NCBI GenBank assembly: GCA_964423085.1
Contig: CAYRDB010000002.1
Coordinates: 1-38,659 of the forward strand
Direction: 5' to 3'
Origin: an uncultured archaeon
GTDB taxonomy: Archaea; Aenigmatarchaeota; Aenigmatarchaeia; CG10238-14; SCSR01
Length of the DNA: 38,659 nucleotides
The position numbers and the translations under genes are program-made. The notes under the pieces were generated by a model. That model searched no databases. It was not told the DNA's origin and saw only the letters and a list, made by a program, of their open reading frames with translations. The number at the start of each line of letters is the position of its first letter. Within the stretch, counting starts at the first letter, position 1. This document shows, piece after piece, positions 31,991 through 38,659 of this stretch.

Positions 31991-32352
31991 TTTTCAGCCA
32001 TAATACCAGTGCAATGCTTAAATATCGCAGACTGACTTCACATAATTGAAAGCGTTCGACTGAGTTTTAAAAAAACTAAGGTCTACAACAAAATGTTAAA
32101 ACATCTACTTCTTGCAACGGGCACGCCTAGTGGAATTTTCCTTATAACTTCAAAGGAGGTTGGAAAAATGGCAAAGAAAAAGAAGGCAAAATAGGACACA
32201 AACACATCATTGGCTTGATTTGACTCTTTCATTTTTTCCCTCATTACAAATCTGGCAGGGGTGAAACCTGTGAGCTGGGACGAAGAAGAGGAATACGACG
32301 AAGAGGAATGAGAAGGAAACAAATGGGGCTTTTGCCGACATTTCCATTTTTT

Positions 32353-33651
32353 CTAAGGAGTTATCCTGTTCCTGTCCCTGGGAAACATTGTGACCTCCCT
32401 TATGTTCTTCCTTCCGGTCACCTGCATTGTCAGCCTTTCCATGCCTATGGCCCAACCCGAGTGAGGCGGCGCCCCATATCGGAAAAAGTCTATGTAGAAC
32501 TTGAAATCGTCCGGATTAAGCCCCTTATCTGAAATCTGCTTCGCCAAAAGTTCCGGGTTGTGTATCCTCTGGGTTCCGGAGCATATCTCTATGCCCCTGT
32601 ATATCATGTCGAACGCATGGCATATCTTCGGATCCTTGCTGTCCGGCATTGCGTAGAAAGCCTTTATTGAGCACGGCCAGTCCTTTATGAAAAACACTTC
32701 CTCTCCCACAAGGTCTACCATCATCTTCTCCTGAGTCTTTGTAAAGTCGTCGCCCCATTCGATTTTCTCGCCGGCCTTTTTCAACATCTCTACTATTTCA
32801 CCGTACGTCACCCTTCTCAGGGGCAGCTTCGGTACTATGAGCTTCTCGCCAAGTTTTTCCAAATCGGCCTTGCAGTTCTTCTCCACACTTTTCAGCATAT
32901 GGACAAAGCAATTTTCCAAAATTTCCATCACATCTTCGTCGTCCGCAAAGGCCTGCTCCACGTCCATCTGCCTTATCTCGTTCAGGTGCGTAGGCTGGTC
33001 GAACTTTTCCGCGCGGAAAACGGGCAGTATTGAGAAAACCTTTTCGAACGCCATTGCGCACATCTGTTTGTACAGCTGAGGAGACTGGGCCAGCTTCGCC
33101 TCCTTCTCGAAGTACGGTATGGAAAACAGCTCGGCTCCGCCTTCCGAAGCGGAAGCTATTATCACAGGCGGATTTATCTCCATATATCCATTTTCCGAAA
33201 GGAACTCCCTGAACGACCTCGTTATTTCGGACTGTATCCTGAATATTGAGCGCGCCTCATCTGTCCTCATGTACAGCACCCTCCAATCAAGCTGCGTGTC
33301 CATGTTGGCCTTTGTCACAGCCCTCGGATCTAGAGGCAGCGGAACGTCGGACTTGTTCAAAACTTCTATCTCGTCCGGTACTATCTCAACCCCGAGCTTT
33401 GCTATCTTGCTCTTCACAACCTTTCCCTTTACTGATATCACATCCTCCTGGTGCAGTTCTGAAACAGCCTTTAGCATCTCGGGTGACGCCGTCTTCTTAA
33501 AAACAGTAACCTGCCTAATCCCAGTTCTGTCCCTAAGGAGTATGAAGCTTATTCCTCCCAGCGACCTGACGTCCTGAACCCAGCCAGATACTTGTACTGG
33601 TTTGTCCACATTGTTTTCTAGCTCGCCGAGCAACTTTCTGTTCTTGAACAT
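32353..33651 (-). CDS. aspS: aspartyl-tRNA synthetase, archaeal type (class IIb)
   Basis: N-terminal OB (VSGWVQDVRSLGGISFILLRDRTG), motif 2 region FRAEKFDQPTHLNEIRQMDVEQAF, and motif 3 GAPPHSGWAIGMERL. Length is 432 aa. Confidence 0.88.
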   Translation of the reverse strand: MFKNRKLLGELENNVDKPVQVSGWVQDVRSLGGISFILLRDRTGIRQVTVFKKTASPEMLKAVSELHQEDVISVKGKVVKSKIAKLGVEIVPDEIEVLNKSDVPLPLDPRAVTKANMDTQLDWRVLYMRTDEARSIFRIQSEITRSFREFLSENGYMEINPPVIIASASEGGAELFSIPYFEKEAKLAQSPQLYKQMCAMAFEKVFSILPVFRAEKFDQPTHLNEIRQMDVEQAFADDEDVMEILENCFVHMLKSVEKNCKADLEKLGEKLIVPKLPLRRVTYGEIVEMLKKAGEKIEWGDDFTKTQEKMMVDLVGEEVFFIKDWPCSIKAFYAMPDSKDPKICHAFDMIYRGIEICSGTQRIHNPELLAKQISDKGLNPDDFKFYIDFFRYGAPPHSGWAIGMERLTMQVTGRKNIREVTMFPRDRNRITP

Positions 33652-33659
33652 CTACACAC

Positions 33660-33929
33660 CTACAGGTTGTAAAGGAAAACCCAGACAACAATCCAGACCA
33701 AAAAGAAAGTCACCAGAGTGTTGGATGCTATAGAAGAAACCTTTGTAATCTTGGCGTACTTGCGCAGAGCCACTACAGATGCGAAATAGACCGCTGCCGG
33801 CAATATCATTGCGAGCGCCAAGCTGGTGCTGTACATCCAGTTAGAGAGCACGCCGAAAAGCAATCCCATCAAACTGTAAACTGAAACAAGCTTCTGCTCA
33901 ACCTTCAATTTCACGCTCATCCCAAACAT
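33660..33929 (-). CDS. small 2-3 TM membrane protein (possibly EMC6/Rab5ip-like)
   Basis: Hydrophobic ORF. I prefer the Met9 start (MFGMSVKL), which avoids a 20-nt overlap with rnhB. The tail TFFLVWIVVWVFLYNL loosely resembles the EMC6 family C-terminus. Confidence 0.4.
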   Translation of the reverse strand: MFGMSVKLKVEQKLVSVYSLMGLLFGVLSNWMYSTSLALAMILPAAVYFASVVALRKYAKITKVSSIASNTLVTFFLVWIVVWVFLYNL

Positions 33930-33933
33930 CTCT

Positions 33934-34647
33934 TTAATTCTGTTTGTTTCCAAGGATAAAATCCTTTACCTTTCGCTGCCAGTTCTTCTCCTGCAGCATC
34001 TGGGTGGTAACCCAGCTCTTCCTGACATAAGAGGGCAGTCGCTTGTCCCTCTTTATCAGCATGTCCACAAAGTCTATTGTCCTCTCGTCGTGCGGATACC
34101 CGACTCCGAAGTCGTATCCTACCTTTTTCTTTATGTCGTCTATCGCCCGGTCGCGCTCGACCTTGGCTATTATCGAAGCGGCTGAGACCATCACATAGTT
34201 CTTGTCCGCCTCGTTCTCGGCTATTATTTTTGTTCCCTTGTTGTCAACGTACCCCAAGACCAGGTCCCTGAACTTTTTCGGGTTTGAAGTAAGAGCATCC
34301 AGGTACACCTCGTCCCCTCCGCACATGTTTATTATTTCAGCCATAGTCCTGGCCTCGATCACGTTCAGATTTATCTTCTTCCCTCGGTCGCCGTCAATCC
34401 TGCACGGCTGTATGGATATAGGTATTATGCTGGAGATTCTGCTGTTCTTCTGTATTATCTCCTTTATCTCTCCGTAGAGCTCTTCCCTTCTTTTCGGGGT
34501 CAGCATCTTCGAGTCCTTCACTCCGGCGTCTTCGAGCATCCGCTCCACTTTCTTCTCGGCAGTGACACCGCATATGACCATCGGGCCTATCATCGCGCCC
34601 CTTCCCGCTTCGTCTATGCCCGTTATCAGCTTGCTGTTCATATCCAA
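33934..34647 (-). CDS. rnhB: ribonuclease HII
   Basis: ITGIDEAGRGAMIGPMVICGV (the DEAGRG motif), DSKMLTPKRRE, and SAASIIAKVERD. Confidence 0.9.
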   Translation of the reverse strand: MDMNSKLITGIDEAGRGAMIGPMVICGVTAEKKVERMLEDAGVKDSKMLTPKRREELYGEIKEIIQKNSRISSIIPISIQPCRIDGDRGKKINLNVIEARTMAEIINMCGGDEVYLDALTSNPKKFRDLVLGYVDNKGTKIIAENEADKNYVMVSAASIIAKVERDRAIDDIKKKVGYDFGVGYPHDERTIDFVDMLIKRDKRLPSYVRKSWVTTQMLQEKNWQRKVKDFILGNKQN

Positions 34648-35042
34648 TGACCGTAACCCATTCTAAAAACCAAAATGTCCTCCAAAAAGTCCCAAAGCAT
34701 GTGGACAAGCGCTGCTGCGAAGAAAAGCCCGACTAGAAAATAGCTGTTGACCACCATAAGTGTCGATCCTCCCAGGAGAGCGAAAATGGAAATCAAGTTA
34801 TGTAGCATGTACCTTCTAGGTTTTCCGTACTCCTCGACGCTCCTAAGCTGCAAGTACCCCCTTATTCCCTTCTCCTTCCACAGAATGACGTGGTCTATGT
34901 CCACTATGGCAGTTCCGACAGCCACAACAGCCAGCTTGACGTAGTCGATTGAAAACCCCTGCACGGCAAAGTACAGCACCGCGGCTAACAGTAGATGAAC
35001 CATCATGTGAACTGCGGCGTAGTTGTAACCTATGACTTTCAC
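34638..35042 (-). CDS. polytopic membrane protein, possibly membrane-bound metal-dependent hydrolase (YdjM/DUF457-like)
   Basis: GTG start with 4 predicted TM helices. Motifs HMMVH and IVDIDHV are present. The call is weak. Confidence 0.4.
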   Translation of the reverse strand: MKVIGYNYAAVHMMVHLLLAAVLYFAVQGFSIDYVKLAVVAVGTAIVDIDHVILWKEKGIRGYLQLRSVEEYGKPRRYMLHNLISIFALLGGSTLMVVNSYFLVGLFFAAALVHMLWDFLEDILVFRMGYGHWI

Positions 35043-35226
35043 TCGAACACCTCAACGAAACTCTATTCTATATTTCGGAATTCTAAGAAATAAGAGGATT
35101 TGCTAGGTCCGACGAGACCGAGATATGGGATATAAACAGATTTCGAAAATGATAAAACCCTAATATTTAAGCGTTTGTGGCAAATTAAATTGTATCAAAT
35201 CTTCTAGTTGACACGGAGGTCTAAAA

Positions 35227-35790
35227 ATGGCTACAAAAGATTTTGGCATAAGGGTTGAGAACATAGTCGCATCAGCAGCGTTCGGAGTGACCATACCTCT
35301 TGAGAAGGTCGTTTCGAAGCTCGACGGCATGGAGTACGAACCCGAGCAGTTTCCAGGATTGGTGTACAGGATAAAGAATCCTAAGGCGGCCGCTTTGATA
35401 TTTGGATCCGGCAAGATAGTGTGCACTGGCGCGCACAGCTTGACAGACGTGAGGACGGTCTTCAAAAAAGTCGTCGCTGTGGTTGAAAAGTCCGGCGTGA
35501 AGGTGCCTAACGGATTCAAGATACAGGTTGAGAACATTGTAGCTTCCGCGAAGCTCGACTCGGACCTGAACTTGGACACAATAGCGTTCAACCTCGAGAA
35601 CTCGGAGTACGAACCCGAGCAGTTTCCAGGATTGGTGTACAGGATGAAGGACCCGAAAGTAGCGTTCCTGCTTTTCGGATCAGGAAAGGTTGTGTGCACC
35701 GGCGCCAGGAAGATAGAGGACGTGGCTATAGCTGTGAACAAGGTGTCGAACAAGCTCAAGAAAATCGGCGCCATGGTCAAGAAGAAATAG
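35227..35790 (+). CDS. tbp: TATA-box binding protein
   Basis: Two TBP repeats are present: IENIVASA...EYEPEQFPGLVYR.K.PK.A.L.FGSGK.VCTGA. A GGAGG lies 8 nt upstream of the ATG. Confidence 0.95.
   Translation: MATKDFGIRVENIVASAAFGVTIPLEKVVSKLDGMEYEPEQFPGLVYRIKNPKAAALIFGSGKIVCTGAHSLTDVRTVFKKVVAVVEKSGVKVPNGFKIQVENIVASAKLDSDLNLDTIAFNLENSEYEPEQFPGLVYRMKDPKVAFLLFGSGKVVCTGARKIEDVAIAVNKVSNKLKKIGAMVKKK
35331..35372. repeat. 42-nt perfect direct repeat, copy 1 (TBP repeat 1)
   Basis: ggagtacgaacccgagcagtttccaggattggtgtacaggat is identical to 35604-35645. The offset is 273 nt, which is 91 codons. Confidence 0.9.
35604..35645. repeat. 42-nt perfect direct repeat, copy 2 (TBP repeat 2)
   Basis: Identical to 35331-35372. 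Confidence 0.9.
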
Positions 35791-35795
35791 CCAGG

Positions 35796-35809
35796 TTTTT
35801 TTATTTTTT
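35796..35809 (+). terminator. oligo-T tract after tbp (archaeal intrinsic terminator candidate)
   Basis: T7-A-T6 begins 6 nt after the tbp stop codon. Confidence 0.4.
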
Positions 35810-35937
35810 AACTATTATTCTCATCGGAACTTTAGCTTCGAAACCGTAAAGTTTTACGGACTCAAACTATTTTTGGATAGTTTTCAAAATTCGGTTAGGG
35901 ATAATACCCTTAAAGGACATACAAAAGTTTGAGGGAT

Positions 35938-37944
35938 ATGGAAAAAGAGGAAATCGTTGAAAAATTTTCGGAATTCCTTAACGAGTTCTACACGGACGAG
36001 CTAGTCACATCTCTGACTGAAAACAAAAAATCAATATCAATAGATTATTCCATACTCGACAAGTTCAACATCGAGCTGGCCGACATGCTGTGCGAGAACC
36101 CGGTCGAAACCATGGCTGCGATGGAGGAAGCGATAAAGCAGATAGACACGGGTCTGGGCGAGGCCAGGCTCAGGGTCAGGTTCCTCAACCTCCCAAAGGA
36201 CAAGGAGATAAGAATCAGGAACATCAGGTCCGAGCAGATAGAGAGGATGATAGTTGTGGACGGCATAGTCAAGAGGGCTAGCGACATCAGGCCTGAGGTT
36301 TCGGAGGCGGTATTCACGTGCCCGGAATGCGGTGCGAAAATATCGGTGATACAGACCGAGCAGATACTGCACAACCCAGAGGCGTGCGACTGCGGGTGCA
36401 GGCGCGGCTTCAAGCTCGTCGACCAGAAGCTTTACGACGCCAGGTGGATAACCATTGAGGAGCCTTTCGAGATAACCACGGGCGAGCAGCCCTCCAACAT
36501 CAACGTTTTCCTGAAGGAGGACCTGACATCTACATTTTTTCACAAGAGGACCGACCCTGGAAACAGGATAAAAGTGACGGGCGTTCTCAAGCAGATGCCC
36601 AAACGCGTCAAAGGCTCCAAGTCTAGGCAGCTGGACATTTTCATAGACGCCAACAACGTCGAGGCTGTCGAGCTCGAATGGGAGGAGCTGGGGATAACTC
36701 CGGAGGACGAGGAGAAGATTGTCGAGCTGGCGAAGGACCCGCTCATATACGAAAAGCTAGTCGCTTCCGTCGCTCCGGGAATATACGGCCTCAGCGAGGT
36801 GAAGGAGGCGATAGTGCTTCAGATGTTCGCGGGAGAGCAGCACGTCCTGATGGACAAGACAAGGATACGCGGAAACATACACATACTCCTTGTAGGAGAC
36901 CCTTCCACTGCAAAGTCCCAGATAATGAAACTAACGTCCACGCTCATACCAAGGGGCAAGTACGCTTCGGGAACGGGCGTTACAGGCGCGGGTCTTACTG
37001 CGACTGTTGTGAAGGACGAGGACTTTATGGGAGGGTGGGTTCTCGAAGCCGGAGCGCTTGTGATGGCAAACCGCTCTGTTTGCGCCATAGACGAGTTCAG
37101 CCACGTTGCGCCGAGCGACATGAGCAAGCTTCAGGAGGCCATGTCCATGGAGACCATATCCATAGCGAAAGCTTCCATTGTGGCAACCCTTCCTGCGCAG
37201 ACTTCGATACTGGCTGGAGCGAACCCAAAGTTCGGTAGGTTCGACCCTTACATACCCATAAGGGAGCAGGTGGACATCAACGAGGTCCTGCTTTCGAGGT
37301 TCGACCTGAGGTTCGCGCTCAGGGACCTGCCTAACCCTGAAAGGGACGGGAAGATTGCGGAGCACATACTAAATATGAGGCACTTTCAGCAGGAATCTTC
37401 CATACCCGAGATAGACCCCGCTTTCCTGAGAAAGTACATTTCTTATGCTCGAGCGAACGTCCACCCCGTGCTCACAAAGGACGCCGGAAACTTTCTGAAG
37501 GATTTCTACCTGCAGATGAGGTCGAAGAGCGGAGAGGATTCGCCCGTAGCAATAACGGTCAGGCAGTACGACGCGCTAATCAGGATATCTGAGGCGTCGG
37601 CGAAAGTCAGGCTGTCACCCACAGTGGAGCCGGAGGACGCGCAGAGGGCGATAAAGCTCATGAGCTTTTCGCTCAGGCAGTTCGGGTTCGAGCCAGAAAC
37701 TGGAAAGATAGACATCGACAGGGTGGAGGGCCAGAAGATGACTTCCGCACAGAGGGGGAAGACAAAGTTGATGATAGACCTCGTGAACGCGCTCGAGGCA
37801 GAGGTGGGCAAGGACATACCAAAGGACGAGCTTCTGAAAAGGGCCAACCAGGAGGGAGTGGGCAATGCCGAAGAGCTTCTAAACACAATGTTGAGGGAGG
37901 GCATGCTCTACCAGCCCAAGCCCAACATACTGAGGAAGGTGTAG
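35938..37944 (+). CDS. mcm: MCM replicative helicase
   Basis: Zn motif CPECGAKI...CDCGC, Walker A ILLVGDPSTAKSQ, Walker B CAIDEFS, arginine finger SRFDL, and a C-terminal wH. First ATG used (the track start at 35929 is a TTG). No intein. Confidence 0.95.
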   Translation: MEKEEIVEKFSEFLNEFYTDELVTSLTENKKSISIDYSILDKFNIELADMLCENPVETMAAMEEAIKQIDTGLGEARLRVRFLNLPKDKEIRIRNIRSEQIERMIVVDGIVKRASDIRPEVSEAVFTCPECGAKISVIQTEQILHNPEACDCGCRRGFKLVDQKLYDARWITIEEPFEITTGEQPSNINVFLKEDLTSTFFHKRTDPGNRIKVTGVLKQMPKRVKGSKSRQLDIFIDANNVEAVELEWEELGITPEDEEKIVELAKDPLIYEKLVASVAPGIYGLSEVKEAIVLQMFAGEQHVLMDKTRIRGNIHILLVGDPSTAKSQIMKLTSTLIPRGKYASGTGVTGAGLTATVVKDEDFMGGWVLEAGALVMANRSVCAIDEFSHVAPSDMSKLQEAMSMETISIAKASIVATLPAQTSILAGANPKFGRFDPYIPIREQVDINEVLLSRFDLRFALRDLPNPERDGKIAEHILNMRHFQQESSIPEIDPAFLRKYISYARANVHPVLTKDAGNFLKDFYLQMRSKSGEDSPVAITVRQYDALIRISEASAKVRLSPTVEPEDAQRAIKLMSFSLRQFGFEPETGKIDIDRVEGQKMTSAQRGKTKLMIDLVNALEAEVGKDIPKDELLKRANQEGVGNAEELLNTMLREGMLYQPKPNILRKV

Positions 37945-37948
37945 CCTT

Positions 37949-38659
37949 ATGGACAGAACAGTAGCCAAAAAAGCCCAGGTGTCCCACATATCCGGGGGCA
38001 AGTATGTATCCTCCGACATACCTTGCGTGATAACCCCGCTTGGCGAGAAGATATTCAAGGTCAATGTGATTGCCACTGTGACTGACAAGTTCGTGAGCGA
38101 CAGCGGCAAATATTCAAGCATAACAGTGGACGACGGAACAGGCGCTGTGCGCGTCAAGGCTTTCGGAGCGGACGTGGGCATGTTCGAGAAAATAGGCAAA
38201 GGCGACCTGGTTGTTGTGATAGGCCCTGTCGGCGAGTACCAGGGAGAGAACTACATCAGGGCGGACATTGTAAAGACCGTCGAGCCCAACTACAAGGCGC
38301 TGAGGAGGCTCGAGCTGCTTGACATGATGCACGAGAGGAAGAGGATAGTGGACACCATGCGCAGGCTGAAGGACAGGCTACCCGAGGACGAGATGAAGGA
38401 ATACGGGAAAAGGATGGGAATAGAGGAGGACGCTTTTGAGGTCATATTCGAGCAAAACGAGCCCGATCACAAGCCCGAGGTGCTGGCAGCCATAGAGAAG
38501 CTGGACGACGGAAGCGGCGCGGAGATAGGAAAGGTGTTCGAGAGCCTGGAGCTGGACGACAATGTCATCGAGCGCACGCTTGACGAGCTTTTGTCAGACG
38601 GGTACATCTACGAGCCCAGCGCGGGCAAGTTCAGGACGATAAAAATTGACGGGGAATAA
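37949..38659 (+). CDS. RPA32/Rpa2-like OB-fold ssDNA-binding protein with C-terminal winged helix
   Basis: OB segment FKVNVIATVTDKFVSDSGKYSSITVDDGTGAVRVKAFG...GDLVVVIGPVGEYQGENYIRADIV. The C-terminal wH-like segment is VLAAIEKL..GAEIGKVFESL..DDNVIERTLDELLSDGYIYEP. It starts 4 nt after the mcm stop, and its own stop is the last codon of the window. Confidence 0.6.
   Translation: MDRTVAKKAQVSHISGGKYVSSDIPCVITPLGEKIFKVNVIATVTDKFVSDSGKYSSITVDDGTGAVRVKAFGADVGMFEKIGKGDLVVVIGPVGEYQGENYIRADIVKTVEPNYKALRRLELLDMMHERKRIVDTMRRLKDRLPEDEMKEYGKRMGIEEDAFEVIFEQNEPDHKPEVLAAIEKLDDGSGAEIGKVFESLELDDNVIERTLDELLSDGYIYEPSAGKFRTIKIDGE

Noticed and set aside
32261-32310. Tiny acidic ORF (GTG-KPVSWDEEEEYDEEE-stop) and the 8-codon MAKKKKAK reading considered on its own.
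   Set aside because: It is too short, has a non-ATG start and has no supporting signal. The Lys-rich piece is better explained as the C-terminus of the 33-aa candidate reported as a finding.
1-38659. Scan by eye for tRNA, rRNA, SRP RNA, CRISPR repeats, transposases, integrases and inteins in MCM and RNR.
   Set aside because: I saw no T-loop/acceptor-like sequences, no regularly spaced short repeats and no recombinase motifs. MCM (668 aa) and NrdJ (693 aa) are of intein-free length. A computational scan (tRNA and covariance-model tools) is still needed to exclude small RNAs.

Overview
This window is a compact archaeal chromosomal segment of about 50 genes. It has very little non-coding DNA and many 1-4 nt gene junctions or stop/stop overlaps.

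Informational core:
- TBP, MCM and an RPA32-like OB-fold protein.
- An aIF2-alpha / Nop10 / PAC2 cluster.
- uS2, eS26, Rpo11 (RpoL), Dph2, RtcB with archease, RNase HII and a mini RNase HI, AspRS and Sec61-beta.
- One RNA gene, RNase P RNA.

I could not support any rRNA, tRNA, CRISPR array, transposase or integrase by eye.

Accessory content:
1. An AdoCbl-type (class II) ribonucleotide reductase, followed co-directionally by a small membrane protein, a corrinoid adenosyltransferase and a ferredoxin.
2. A 6.3-kb string of minus-strand genes. In transcription order these are cysteine desulfurase, an exported DsbA-like protein, a Cys-bearing 2-TM protein, an exported VKOR-partner-type thioredoxin-like protein, a glutaredoxin-TrxR fusion, a glutamate-dehydrogenase-family enzyme and NAD kinase.
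3. A type IV pilus-like locus with an ATPase, a split platform protein and two Cys-rich pilins.
4. A 1108-aa surface protein with about 74 cysteines. It carries two ADAM-type disintegrin-like motifs and three nearly identical in-frame DNA repeats.
5. An AT-rich two-gene orphan island.

Most noteworthy:
- The disintegrin-like giant adhesin candidate.
- The exported thiol-disulfide trio, which has an unrecognised membrane partner where a VKOR/DsbB would be expected.
- A 16-bp palindrome (25 of 27 nt with flanks) shared by the promoters of the two Fe-S biogenesis genes, which lie 12.7 kb apart.

The compaction and gene content look like a small-genome (DPANN-like), possibly host-attached archaeon. 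That is inference only. All family calls come from motif recognition by eye, not from searches.
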